Numbered from the stretch's first letter, positions 27,787-38,318 are shown. The stretch is 64,000 nucleotides of DNA from Candidatus Pacearchaeota archaeon (GCA_038740375.1 JAVYLW010000006.1:4516-68515); one strand, 5' to 3'. The notes: generated by a model not told the origin, from the sequence alone. Program-made: numbers and translations.

Positions 27787-28179
27787 TTGAAAAAGAAAGA
27801 TAAAATCAGAGGATTAACGTTGCATTTTATAACTTTCTCTGAAATAGCTAAGCTTGACACAGTTGAAAGAATAAAAAAATTATTAAAAATTATTCTTGAT
27901 AATAAAATTATAATACTTCAAGGAAGATTAAGACCTGAAGAAGAAACAAGATTAATTGAAGATACTATGATTATGATAGGAAATATTAAAGGATTTAAAG
28001 GAGTTGAACTTGCAGTAATAACTCCTGAACCTGAAAATAGAACTTTGCTTGAAAAAATGAAATTTGGTATTGCTAAAGCTCTTATTGGACAACAAGATTC
28101 TCTAACAATAATAGGTCCTGCAACAGTTGTTAAAGAAATGAAAAAAGATCCTAAAAAATTAGAAGTAATGATGAGATAA
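27787..28179 (+). CDS. oapB: DUF2073-family protein (OapB)
   Basis: IIILQGRLRPEEETRLIEDTM, FKGVE, LTIIGPA; TTG start preceded by AGGAGG. Confidence 0.85.
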   Translation: MKKKDKIRGLTLHFITFSEIAKLDTVERIKKLLKIILDNKIIILQGRLRPEEETRLIEDTMIMIGNIKGFKGVELAVITPEPENRTLLEKMKFGIAKALIGQQDSLTIIGPATVVKEMKKDPKKLEVMMR

Positions 28180-28403
28180 TTTTTCTTTTATATACAAAAA
28201 ATTTAATTTGGTTATATTAAAGTTTTTTATTTTAATTAAATTTAATTTTAAGTTTCTATTATAACACTTTTGTTATAATCAATCTTAAAAAAAATATTAT
28301 AATTATTATCATCTATTTTTTCTATACTTAATGTATTTACATAATAACCAATATTTATATATACTTCTGATTCTTTTTTGTTTAAATTAAAAAAATATTT
28401 AGA

Positions 28404-29018
28404 ATGCCACATCAATGTGTTCATTGCGGTGAAATTTTCCCAGATGCATCTCCAGAACTTTTATCAGGATGTTCTTGTGGAAGTAAGTTTTTTTATTATA
28501 TAAAACAAGAAAAACTTGATGACTTAAATAGAATAAACGATTTAGAAATAGAGAATACTTTAACACAACTTAATAAAGCTGACAAAGAACAAATTGAAAG
28601 AGATATCAGAGATATCACTGGAATGAGAGACGAGCCTGAAAAACCTGTTATTCTTGACTTAGAATCAATAAGGGTAATTAGTCCTGGAAAATTTGAAATA
28701 GATTTAGTTAATCTTTTTTCAAAAAAAAGACCTATCATATACAGGCTTGAAAAAGGAAAATATATTATAGATTTAACTTCTACTTATAAAACAGATAATG
28801 AAGAAATTAAAAAGAAAATTCGAAATCCAAAAAATTATTATAAAAAAATAGAAAAAAAATCTATTGAAAATAAAGATATATTAGAAAAAAAACAAGATAT
28901 AACAGAAAATAAAATTGAAAGCAAAATTGTAGAAAAAAATGAAGAAAATAACAAAGAAATAGTTGAAAATAAAGAAGACAAAAATAAAGAAGATAATGAT
29001 ATCTCTGTTCTTAAATAA
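28404..29018 (+). CDS. oapC: Zn-ribbon protein (DUF2072/OapC family) with a charged C-terminal tail
   Basis: MPHQCVHCG...GCSCGSKFFYY, ESIRVISPGKFEIDL, GKYIIDL. Confidence 0.88.
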   Translation: MPHQCVHCGEIFPDASPELLSGCSCGSKFFYYIKQEKLDDLNRINDLEIENTLTQLNKADKEQIERDIRDITGMRDEPEKPVILDLESIRVISPGKFEIDLVNLFSKKRPIIYRLEKGKYIIDLTSTYKTDNEEIKKKIRNPKNYYKKIEKKSIENKDILEKKQDITENKIESKIVEKNEENNKEIVENKEDKNKEDNDISVLK

Positions 29019-29188
29019 AAGATTATTTTAAATTCTTTTTATAATTTAAAAAAAGATACTAATAAATATTATCAAAATATACAATTGAATCTTTTAATTG
29101 AAAAGAAATAAGTTAAAAAATTCATTAAATTTATCTACAAAGATTTATATATTATTTATTTTTAAGAATTTTATAAAATATTATAAAG

Positions 29189-29518
29189 ATGGTTATAGAA
29201 ATAAATAATGATAATTTTGAAAGAGAAATTATTAAATCAGAGATTCCTGTAATAATTGATTTTTATGCTGATTGGTGCGGACCATGTCAGATGATGAAAC
29301 CTGTATTTGAAGAATTATCACAAAAATTTAAAGGAAAATTAAAATTTGTTAAAATAAATACTGGAGTTAATCCTGAAATAACACAGAGATATGAAATAAC
29401 TGGAATTCCTTGTTTAATTGTTATCAATAAAGGAAAAGAAATTGATAGAATAATTGGTTTTAAAAATTCAAATGAACTTCAAAAAAATATTCAAGATATT
29501 TTAGCTAAAATTAAGTAA
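29189..29518 (+). CDS. trxA: Thioredoxin
   Basis: DFYADWCGPC active site and cis-Pro GIP. Confidence 0.96.
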   Translation: MVIEINNDNFEREIIKSEIPVIIDFYADWCGPCQMMKPVFEELSQKFKGKLKFVKINTGVNPEITQRYEITGIPCLIVINKGKEIDRIIGFKNSNELQKNIQDILAKIK

Positions 29519-29524
29519 ATAAAA

Positions 29525-30436
29525 ATGATTTTAAAAGAATATGATATAATAATTATTGGAGCCGGACCTGCTGGTTTATCTGCTGCTCTTTATTCTAAAA
29601 GATATGGTTTAAATTCTATTGTTATTTCAAAAAATCTTGGAGGTCTTGCTGCTGTTGCACATATTATATGTAATTTTCCAACTTATAAAGAAATTAAAGG
29701 TTTTGAATTAATGCAAAAATTTATAGAGCAAGTTAAAGAATTAGGTGTTAAAATTGTAAATGAGGAAGCAAAGAGAATTGAAAAAATCGAGAATAAATTT
29801 ATAGTAGAAACAGAAAAAGAAAAATTTAAAGGAAAAAAGATTATTTATGCTGGAGGAACAATAAGAAAAAAATTAAATATACCTAATGAGGAAAAATTTA
29901 TTGGAAGAGGAGTTTCTTATTGCTCAACATGTGATGGACCTTTATTTAAAGATAAAAAAGTAATTGTAGTAGGTGGAAGTGACGCTGCTTTAACATCTGC
30001 ATTATTACTTTCTGATATTGCAAATGAAGTTAGTATAATTTACAGAGGAAATAATTTTACAAAAGCAGAAGCTGCTTGGATTAAATTAGTCGAAAATAAT
30101 AAAAAAATTAAAAAAATATTTAATGAAGAAGTTGTAGAAATTATTGGAAAAAATAAAGTTGAAGGTGTAAAGTTAAAATCTGGAAAAGAAATTAAAATAG
30201 ATGGTATTTTTGTTGAAATAGGCTCTATTCCTGAAACTACTCTTATTTCTAATCTTGGAATTAAGTTAGATGACAAAGGATATATCCTTACTGATAAATA
30301 TCAAAGAACAAATGTTTCAGGATTTTTTGCTGCTGGAGATATAACAAACAATAATTTAAAACAAATTATTACTGCTGCAGCAGAGGGTGCTGTTGCTGCT
30401 TATTCAGCATATCAAGAAATAAAAAAAGAACATTAG
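29525..30436 (+). CDS. trxB: Thioredoxin reductase-like FAD-dependent disulfide oxidoreductase
   Basis: GAGPAG, GRGVSYCSTCDG (CxxC), VGGSDAA, FAAGD; follows trxA. Confidence 0.93.
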   Translation: MILKEYDIIIIGAGPAGLSAALYSKRYGLNSIVISKNLGGLAAVAHIICNFPTYKEIKGFELMQKFIEQVKELGVKIVNEEAKRIEKIENKFIVETEKEKFKGKKIIYAGGTIRKKLNIPNEEKFIGRGVSYCSTCDGPLFKDKKVIVVGGSDAALTSALLLSDIANEVSIIYRGNNFTKAEAAWIKLVENNKKIKKIFNEEVVEIIGKNKVEGVKLKSGKEIKIDGIFVEIGSIPETTLISNLGIKLDDKGYILTDKYQRTNVSGFFAAGDITNNNLKQIITAAAEGAVAAYSAYQEIKKEH

Positions 30437-30493
30437 ATTAAATAATTTTAAATAATAAAAATTTATAATATTGTAAATACATATAATTTCAAA

Positions 30494-33400
30494 ATGAAAA
30501 AAAGAGGAATTCAAAATATTATATTTTTAGTTTTAATTATTTTTTTATCAATTTTAATGATATTAATATGGTTTAGTTTTTTTAATTCATTTTTGAAAAA
30601 TATTGACTACAAAATTGAAAATAGTAAAAATATAATTAACGATGTATTTAGTAATACTGGTTCTAGTTTTAACACAAATGAAGAATCTAATATAGAAAGT
30701 TTTAATCTAGAAAATATTGAGAATAATATAGCAGATTGTTTTAATATTAATTTAAATCCAATTCCTATATGCACATGTAAAGATCTTCAGAACATTATAA
30801 ACAAATTAAATGGAAATTATGTATTAATGAATAATATTGATTGTTCTTTTGATACAGGACTTGGGGGAGATTTATATAATAATGGCAAAGGTTTTTATCC
30901 TATAGGTTATGATAGTAAATTTCCATTTACTGGAAAATTTGATGGAAGAAACAAAAAAATTATAGGTTTAAATATAAATAGACCTAATGAAAATAATATA
31001 GGTTTATTTGGAAATGTTAAGAATAGTGAAATATTTAATGTGTCTATTGTTGATGCACATATTGTTGGTTTAAATAATGTTGGAATAATTATTGGAAATA
31101 ACAGTTATAGTAATATTAAAAATTGTTACGCTTCTGGTAATATTAGTGGTAAAAATAATATAGGAGGAATTATAGGATATAGCAATAGTGATAATCTAGA
31201 TGGAACAAATATATATAATTGTTATTCAAGAATAGATATATGGGGTAATTCTGGAATTGGAGGATTAGTTGGAAACCTTGATAGCGGATCTATTAGTAAT
31301 TCATACTCATCAGGTAGAATATCTGGAGAAATGAGAGTCGGAGGTATTGTTGGTATAAATAAAAATAATGGATATTTATACAATGTTTTTTCTGCAGCAA
31401 CTCCTATTGGTTCAGATGAAGAAAATTCATTTGGAGGAATAGTAGGAGAAAATTACGGTGAAATATATAACAGTTATTATTCAAGTAAAGACGCTCAGTA
31501 TTGTCAAGGTAAAAAAATTTTTGAAGAATATCCTAAAGATGTTCCATTACAAGATTCTAATGAATATGTATTTTGTTATAAAACAAATCTTAGAAATTTT
31601 ATGGATTATAAATTAGATCCTATTAATGAATGGGACTTTGATAATATATGGACTATTAATATTAACAAAACTCTGCCTTATTTTAAATGGTTAGATGATA
31701 CTACTTTTTCTAAAAAAATTTCAAATTGTTTTGAATTACAAAATATAAATGATAATCTTGATGATTTCTATTATTTAAGCGATAATATTGATTGCACTTA
31801 TTATACGCAAAATCCTTCTAGTAAGGGATTTATACCAATTGGAGATTGTGGTTTTAAAGGTTTATGTCAAGAATCTTTTTATTACAAAAATCCTTTTAAT
31901 GGAATTTTTAATGGAAGAGGACATAGCATAAAAGGAATTTTTATTAACCAAAAATCTTCTACAGGAGGATTTGGTTTATTTGGGTATAACAATGGAACAA
32001 TATACAATATTAGTTTAGATAATGTTTCAATTCAAGTTTTAACAAATTATGAAACAGAGTATCTTCATGTAGGAGGACTAGTTGGTTTTAATAATGGAAT
32101 AGTTAGTGATTGTAGTATTATTGGAAAAGTATTTGGTAGATCGCGTGTTGGGGGAATAGCAGGTTCAAATTTTGAATTAGGTATTATTGATTCTTGTTTT
32201 TTTATAGGAAATATAACTGTAATTAATGATTACGGTGGAGGAATTGCTGGTCTAAATCTAGGAGGAAAAATAAATAACAGTTATTTTAAAGGAAATATAA
32301 CTGGAAGAAATTATATTGGAGGAATAGCAGGTTATAATGGATATAGTAATTTGCAAAAAAATTTAGATGATATAACTATAATGAATTCTTATTCTAATGC
32401 AAATATATCAGGAATAGGAGGAAATTATGGAATAAGTTTAGGAGGTATAGTTGGACATTTAGAAGTAGGAAGAGTAATAAATTGTTTCAGTGTTTCGAAA
32501 ATTAATAACTATAATAAGAATAATATATACAAAAGAGGTCCGGGATACATTGGAGGAACTAGTTATAAAGGTAAAATAATTAATTGCTATTATAAAGATG
32601 ATGAAAATAATTATCCATGTGTAAACTATAGTATTTATCAAGATGTGAATAAAGATATTGATTGTCACATTAATAATCAAAATTCGTATTATTACTCCAA
32701 TAGTAATCCTCCTATGAATTTATGGGACTTTGTTAATATATGGAATTATAATCAAAATGATTATCCAAAATTAAGAATTTGCATTCCTGATTGTTCGGGA
32801 AAAGAATGTGGAAACGATGGATGTGGAGGAACATGCCCTCCTAATTGCAAAGGTTTTGTTCAAAATGGTAATCATGATTGTAATGAAGATTATAAATGTG
32901 AACTTAAATGCAATGAAGATTGGGATGATTGCGATGGTGAAATTGAAAATGGATGCGAAGCTAATTTAAAATCTGAAACAAGTTGTGGAAAATGTGGTGA
33001 TATTTGTTCCACTGGAAAAATTTGTTTAAATAAAAAATGTTACTACCCAATAACTAACTGTTATGAACTACAAAATATTAAAGATAAAAAATCTTCGGAT
33101 TTTGCTTTAATGAACAATATAGATTGCAGTGATACTATTAATTGGGACTTTGGAAATGGTTTTGATCCTATAGGAAGCTCTGATAAATATTTTGATGGAG
33201 AATTTGATGGCAGAAATTTTAATATCACAAATTTATATATAAGAAGAACAGGAAAAAAGTTCGTAGGAGTTTTTGCATATACTGGAAAGGATTCTGTAAT
33301 TAAAAATGTAGGATTTTTGAATTTAACGATTGCAGATGCAGATAGTGGAACAGGCGGAATTGTTGGAAATAACAGTGGAGAAATAAAAAATTCTTTTGTT

Positions 33401-34168
33401 ATAAATATAACAATAGATTCTTCAACTTCAAATAAGAATATTGGAGGAATTGCTGGCAGAAACTATGGAAAAATAAAAAGATGTTATGTAAGCGGTGGAA
33501 AGATTACTGGAAAATCTGATGTTGGAGGACTAGTTGGAAATAATTTTGGAAAAATTGAAGATTCATATGCAATAATAAACATCACAGCAAATCCTCAAGA
33601 AGAATTAGATGACATCGGAGGGCTAGTAGGACATAATAATGATGATGCTAACATAACTGACTGTTATTCAAAAGGAAATATAACAGGATTAAAAAATTCA
33701 AATGTAGGAGGACTAGTAGGTTTTAATAATGGAACAATAAAAGATTCATATTCTACTGCTAGTGTTCAAGGCATAGAAAATGTAGGAGGATTTGTTGGAG
33801 AAAATCTAAAAACTATCTTTAATTGTTTTTCAAGTTCAAAAAGAGTTTATGCAGTAAAAAAATCAGGAGGATTTGTAGGAAAACAAACTTCTGGAAGTAT
33901 AAATTATAGTTATTCATTATCAAATGTATCTGGAGTTTCTGGAATTGCAAATATAGGAGGTTTTGTTGGTAAAAAAGAGTCTGCTGGAGATATCATAAAT
34001 TCTTATTATCCTTCAGAAATAGTGATTATTTCACCTTCTCCAACAAACACTATTGGTTCTGAAAGTGTTAATAATTTAAAAAGTGCTTCTTTTTTAAAAT
34101 CAAGAGATTGGAAATTTCCTCCTTGGATAGACACTGGAAGTTTTCCAAAATTAGACTGGATGACATAA
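30494..34168 (+). CDS. GLUG-motif beta-helix surface protein (1,224 aa) with three modules and a Cys-rich linker
   Basis: Many GGLVG/GGIAG GLUG motifs; three module starts (CKDLQNI...NNIDCS, CFELQNI...DNIDCT, CYELQNI...NNIDCS); N-terminal MKKRG followed by a hydrophobic helix. Confidence 0.85.
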   Translation: MKKRGIQNIIFLVLIIFLSILMILIWFSFFNSFLKNIDYKIENSKNIINDVFSNTGSSFNTNEESNIESFNLENIENNIADCFNINLNPIPICTCKDLQNIINKLNGNYVLMNNIDCSFDTGLGGDLYNNGKGFYPIGYDSKFPFTGKFDGRNKKIIGLNINRPNENNIGLFGNVKNSEIFNVSIVDAHIVGLNNVGIIIGNNSYSNIKNCYASGNISGKNNIGGIIGYSNSDNLDGTNIYNCYSRIDIWGNSGIGGLVGNLDSGSISNSYSSGRISGEMRVGGIVGINKNNGYLYNVFSAATPIGSDEENSFGGIVGENYGEIYNSYYSSKDAQYCQGKKIFEEYPKDVPLQDSNEYVFCYKTNLRNFMDYKLDPINEWDFDNIWTININKTLPYFKWLDDTTFSKKISNCFELQNINDNLDDFYYLSDNIDCTYYTQNPSSKGFIPIGDCGFKGLCQESFYYKNPFNGIFNGRGHSIKGIFINQKSSTGGFGLFGYNNGTIYNISLDNVSIQVLTNYETEYLHVGGLVGFNNGIVSDCSIIGKVFGRSRVGGIAGSNFELGIIDSCFFIGNITVINDYGGGIAGLNLGGKINNSYFKGNITGRNYIGGIAGYNGYSNLQKNLDDITIMNSYSNANISGIGGNYGISLGGIVGHLEVGRVINCFSVSKINNYNKNNIYKRGPGYIGGTSYKGKIINCYYKDDENNYPCVNYSIYQDVNKDIDCHINNQNSYYYSNSNPPMNLWDFVNIWNYNQNDYPKLRICIPDCSGKECGNDGCGGTCPPNCKGFVQNGNHDCNEDYKCELKCNEDWDDCDGEIENGCEANLKSETSCGKCGDICSTGKICLNKKCYYPITNCYELQNIKDKKSSDFALMNNIDCSDTINWDFGNGFDPIGSSDKYFDGEFDGRNFNITNLYIRRTGKKFVGVFAYTGKDSVIKNVGFLNLTIADADSGTGGIVGNNSGEIKNSFVINITIDSSTSNKNIGGIAGRNYGKIKRCYVSGGKITGKSDVGGLVGNNFGKIEDSYAIINITANPQEELDDIGGLVGHNNDDANITDCYSKGNITGLKNSNVGGLVGFNNGTIKDSYSTASVQGIENVGGFVGENLKTIFNCFSSSKRVYAVKKSGGFVGKQTSGSINYSYSLSNVSGVSGIANIGGFVGKKESAGDIINSYYPSEIVIISPSPTNTIGSESVNNLKSASFLKSRDWKFPPWIDTGSFPKLDWMT

Positions 34169-34212
34169 TGTAAAATATTATAATGATATATAACTAAAAT
34201 AAATTACTAAAT

Positions 34213-35475
34213 ATGGAAGATATAAAAAAAGTATTAAATAAAGCATTAGAAAATATCAAACCTGATAGATTTACATTAGAAAAAATAAATAAAAGAGTTA
34301 AATATTTTGTTTTAGAATTAAAAAAAAGATTAAAAATAAACAGAATTGATGCTCAAATTTTCGTTGGCGGAAGTTTAGCCAAAAAAACCTTGGTTAAAAA
34401 AGATAAATATGACGTAGATATTTTTGTTAGATTTAATAAAAAATATATTAAAGAGAATATTTCAGATTTACTAAATAAAGTATTACCCTTGAATTCTGAA
34501 AAAATACACGGCTCAAGAGATTATTTTCAGATTAAAGATAATGATATTATACTAGAAATAATTCCTGTAATTAGAATAAATAAACCTGAAGATGCAATAA
34601 ATGTTACAGATTTATCTTATTTTCATGTAAATTACATTTATAAAAAGATAAAGAAGAATCCCAAATTAGCAGATGAAATAATACTTGCAAAATCTTTTGT
34701 TTATTATTGTAATTGCTATGGTGCAGAAAGTTATATTAGAGGATTTTCAGGATATGCAATTGAGCTTTTAATTTGTCATTTTGGAAGTTTTTTAAAATTT
34801 ATAAATGCAATAGCTAAATCTAATGAAAAAGAAAAAATCATAATCGATGATTCAAAATTTTATAAAAATAAAGAATGTATTTTAAGAGAGATAAATGAAG
34901 CTAAAATATTAAGTCCTATTATTCTTATTGATCCAACTTTTAAAAAAAGAAATGCTCTTGCAAGTTTGTCCGAAGAAACTTTTTTAAAATTTAAAAAGTA
35001 TTGCAAAGAATTTCTAAAAAATCCGAGTCTTAAGTTTTTTGAAAAAAAGAACATAGATTCTGAAATGAAAAAAAATAAAAATGTTAAAATAATATCGATT
35101 AAAACAACAAAACAAAAAGGAGATATTTCCGGTACAAAATCAAAAAAATTCTTTAATTTTTTCTTAAGACAATTAGCAAAAGAATTTATAATAAAAAAAG
35201 CTGAATTTTTTTATGATGATGAAAAAAATATTGCATATTTTTATTTAATAATAGATAAAAAATCTGACGAAGTTATAGAAGGGCCTCCAATTACTGAAAT
35301 TAAAGGATTAATTGGATTTAAAAAAGCTCATCCTAATGCTTTTATCAAAGGAAATAAAGCATATGTGCATATTAAACACAATCTTTCTTTTGAAGATTTC
35401 CTTAAAATATTCAAAGAAAAAAATAAATCTATTATTCAAGATATGAGTATTAAAGAAATAATTTTAGAAAAATAA
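34213..35475 (+). CDS. cca: Class I (archaeal) CCA-adding enzyme
   Basis: GGSLAKKT...YDVDIF nucleotidyltransferase motif, YGAESYIRGFSGY, IILIDPT...RNA. Confidence 0.93.
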   Translation: MEDIKKVLNKALENIKPDRFTLEKINKRVKYFVLELKKRLKINRIDAQIFVGGSLAKKTLVKKDKYDVDIFVRFNKKYIKENISDLLNKVLPLNSEKIHGSRDYFQIKDNDIILEIIPVIRINKPEDAINVTDLSYFHVNYIYKKIKKNPKLADEIILAKSFVYYCNCYGAESYIRGFSGYAIELLICHFGSFLKFINAIAKSNEKEKIIIDDSKFYKNKECILREINEAKILSPIILIDPTFKKRNALASLSEETFLKFKKYCKEFLKNPSLKFFEKKNIDSEMKKNKNVKIISIKTTKQKGDISGTKSKKFFNFFLRQLAKEFIIKKAEFFYDDEKNIAYFYLIIDKKSDEVIEGPPITEIKGLIGFKKAHPNAFIKGNKAYVHIKHNLSFEDFLKIFKEKNKSIIQDMSIKEIILEK

Positions 35476-35510
35476 ATTAATTATTTTATAAATTAGTAAT
35501 GGAATTACTT

Positions 35511-36290
35511 CTATTCTTTTGAAGCTTCGTTGAACATAAAAGATAAAGCATTTGTAAAAAAAGGTGTATTTAACCAAACAGCCATTTCTTCCTCTGGAAG
35601 ATTAGACTTTGAAATTAAGAATAGCACTTGTTCATTATCTGATATAAAAAATTTTGCATCTATATCAATTTTTTTTGCTTTTAACTTAAATTTTAGATTA
35701 ATTTTTTTAATATCTTTTTCTGAACCTGATAAACATATCTTTATTTTTATGTTTGATTTTTTTAATCTTTCAAAAATTGAAGAAAAAAATCTAGGTTTAG
35801 ACAATATTTCCTCTGCTGATGTGCAGATTATAACTTCTTTTTTAGCATTTTCTAATAATTCTTTTATATGATTATAAATTGTTGATTTTCCTTTTATTGC
35901 TCCTGTAATTTCTTCGTGTTTTACAGGTTTTATTCCTGAATTATAAAGTTCTTCAAGCTCTATATACTCTTGAGTGTTCTTTAACTTAAGTAAATTTTTT
36001 ACTTTTTCATTAGCTTCTTTTAATGTGTTTAATTTCAATTTCTCTAAAATTATATTTGGTTTAACTGCAATATATTTTACTGGTTTTCCAAGTTTCATTA
36101 TTGTAAAACCTTGTTTTTCTAAAGATTCTAAAACATCATATGTTCTTGATCTTGGAACTCCTGAAATTTCAGCAATTTCTCCTGCACTTGCAACACCTTT
36201 TCCAAGCAAAGCTAACCAAACTTTAGTTTCATAAATATTTAACTGAAAGTGTTCTTTTATCTTATTTATTAATTCAGGCTTAATTATCAT
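35511..36290 (-). CDS. TrmB-family transcriptional regulator
   Basis: LNIYETKVWLALL...GVPRSRTYDVLESL HTH and a C-terminal PLD-like effector domain; probable ATG at 36290 after GAGG. Confidence 0.9.
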   Translation of the reverse strand: MIIKPELINKIKEHFQLNIYETKVWLALLGKGVASAGEIAEISGVPRSRTYDVLESLEKQGFTIMKLGKPVKYIAVKPNIILEKLKLNTLKEANEKVKNLLKLKNTQEYIELEELYNSGIKPVKHEEITGAIKGKSTIYNHIKELLENAKKEVIICTSAEEILSKPRFFSSIFERLKKSNIKIKICLSGSEKDIKKINLKFKLKAKKIDIDAKFFISDNEQVLFLISKSNLPEEEMAVWLNTPFFTNALSFMFNEASKE

Positions 36291-36291
36291 T

Positions 36292-36591
36292 TTAATATTG
36301 CCTCTTATGAGCAAAAGGCAGTAATGTAAATCCTAATCTTGTTTTAAAATGAGCGGGATAAATTTCTCTATTTAATTCTTTTAAAGAAGTTAAATCATAT
36401 CCCATAAGGTCTTTTATATTTTCAAATTCAGCAAAAATTAAGTCAGTTATAGTATTTTTTTTATTTCCTTTTTTAGAGTTATATTGCGAAAATTCATTTA
36501 TACATCTATCTATAGTAAACCTAGTTACATTATTTTCCTCTAAAAATCTAAAATCTGTTTCTCTCATATTATTATAGATAGCGTTTTTCAT
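36292..36591 (-). CDS. Hypothetical protein coupled to trmB
   Basis: 99-aa ORF with a TATA box 23 nt upstream; its stop is 1 nt before the trmB ATG. Confidence 0.6.
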   Translation of the reverse strand: MKNAIYNNMRETDFRFLEENNVTRFTIDRCINEFSQYNSKKGNKKNTITDLIFAEFENIKDLMGYDLTSLKELNREIYPAHFKTRLGFTLLPFAHKRQY

Positions 36592-36608
36592 TTAACTACG
36601 AATATTAA

Positions 36609-36626
36609 AAAGGTTTATAAATCTTT
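36609..36626. promoter_or_regulatory. Near-palindromic TATA element AAAGGTTTATAAATCTTT in the divergent intergenic region
   Basis: Reads as BRE-TATA on both strands; correctly spaced for the minus-strand ATG at 36591. Confidence 0.5.
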
Positions 36627-36695
36627 CGTTTGTTATCACTATTTAATTATAACAAATCAAAAGTTTTATAAATATCCATATATAAAAATTATAAA

Positions 36696-37190
36696 ATGAT
36701 AATAATAAGATTATTAAAGATTTGCATAATATTTTTTTTAGGATTTCTTAGTGCAAACCTTATAAGTTATTATTTTATATACGGAGCAGAAATTCCTTTT
36801 TCAAAAAAATGGAATTTTACAGGATATTATTTTGATAAAGCTCCTTTTGACCATATTAAAGAAAATCAAATTGAAGTTTATAATGATAGAGTAGTTATTT
36901 ATGTAAATAATGCAAGTATGTCAAAATATGCTGCAACAGGTAGTATGAAACCTACTTTTGATGAAAATGCAAACGGTATAAGAATTGTCCCAAAATCTCC
37001 TGAAGATATACATATTGGAGACATTATAACTTATAGTGATGGAAAAAATTTGATAGTGCATAGAGTAATTGAAATAGGAGAAGATAGCAAAGGAATCTAT
37101 TTTATTACAAAAGGAGACAATAACACTGTTTCTGATGGAAAAATTAGATTCTCTGATATTAAATTTATAACAATAGGAATTATTTGGTAA
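36696..37190 (+). CDS. Signal peptidase I (S26, archaeal Sec11-type)
   Basis: TGSMKPT (Ser), GDII, IVHRV (His), FITKGDNN...D. Confidence 0.9.
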   Translation: MIIIRLLKICIIFFLGFLSANLISYYFIYGAEIPFSKKWNFTGYYFDKAPFDHIKENQIEVYNDRVVIYVNNASMSKYAATGSMKPTFDENANGIRIVPKSPEDIHIGDIITYSDGKNLIVHRVIEIGEDSKGIYFITKGDNNTVSDGKIRFSDIKFITIGIIW

Positions 37191-37298
37191 AATGAAAAGT
37201 AATATATTAACATTAAAAATTAAAAATAGAAAAATTATTAAAAAGTATTAATAAAAAAATTTAAATAAATAAAAAAATACACTTTTAACTTAAAAACC

Positions 37299-37769
37299 AT
37301 GAAAAAAAACAATAAAATAAATAAGAAAGATATAGAGAGAATATTGGAAATATTAGAAAAAGAAAGATTTTTTATAGTGTTTAGCAGAAAATTATCAAAA
37401 AAAGATATTGAAGAATTTTTAAAAATAACAAAAAGTTATGTTTTTGAATCTCCTGAAAGTCTTGAAGAAGAAATAAATAGGCAACATTATTTTTTTGAAC
37501 AAAATTTTAAAATTTATGAAGAAGACCGAAAATTCTTTTGCAATTATTTTGGAATTAATCTTAAAGATTTATATTCTGAAGAAATAAACTATGATGATCC
37601 TGAACTTACTCAAGAAGATTTAAAGACATTTGGACATGATAATTTTTACAGAAAATTAGTTCAGTTAAGAAATAGAGTATTAGGTTATTTAAACAGACAT
37701 ATAGATGAATACGAAATCTTTAAGAACAAATTCAAAGATTTATACAAAGAAATAAAAGGAGAATCATAA
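37299..37769 (+). CDS. Hypothetical protein
   Basis: 156-aa ORF with genome-typical composition; no motif recognised. Confidence 0.55.
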   Translation: MKKNNKINKKDIERILEILEKERFFIVFSRKLSKKDIEEFLKITKSYVFESPESLEEEINRQHYFFEQNFKIYEEDRKFFCNYFGINLKDLYSEEINYDDPELTQEDLKTFGHDNFYRKLVQLRNRVLGYLNRHIDEYEIFKNKFKDLYKEIKGES

Positions 37770-37814
37770 TATTTAAAAATCATAAATAAATTAATATCTA
37801 AAATAACGTAAAAA

Positions 37815-38318
37815 ATGGAAAAACAAAATATACAATGTCCGAAAGAAAATTTATCAGAGTTAGTTAGAAGATTAGAACCTAGAATTTTTGATTATTTAAG
37901 TTCAGAGTTTGGAAATAAAAGATTTTTAGATATAAATAAAAAACTTTTCAATAATAAAGATAATATAAATAATCAAAAAAAAGAAAAAGATAAATTAGAA
38001 GATTATTTAGAATCAATTGAAATTCTCGATAAAATTGAAGATTTATTTTATTATAAAAAACTTAAGTTATATGGAAATAACAGAGATGAAATAGTTGATA
38101 AATTAAGAGCTCATGTTATGAGATGTTCTTGTTGTAAAAGAAGATATGATAATTTTTTAATACAAGAAGCAATAACTGAGAAATATTTAGCTGAAAAATT
38201 TAATTTAGGAATAGAAGAAGATATAGAAAAAATTGAAGAAAGATTAGATTTTGAGAAATATTTAAATTTAAGAGATAAAGAATATTATAATATAAATACA
38301 GATGAACTGTTTTATTAA
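37815..38318 (+). CDS. Hypothetical protein with an HxxxCxxC motif
   Basis: AHVMRCSCCKRRY; otherwise charged and helical. Confidence 0.55.
   Translation: MEKQNIQCPKENLSELVRRLEPRIFDYLSSEFGNKRFLDINKKLFNNKDNINNQKKEKDKLEDYLESIEILDKIEDLFYYKKLKLYGNNRDEIVDKLRAHVMRCSCCKRRYDNFLIQEAITEKYLAEKFNLGIEEDIEKIEERLDFEKYLNLRDKEYYNINTDELFY

Noticed and set aside
28180-28403. Replication origin next to oapABC
   Set aside because: AT-rich, but no ORB-like repeats or G-string were seen and no cdc6/orc1 gene is in the window.
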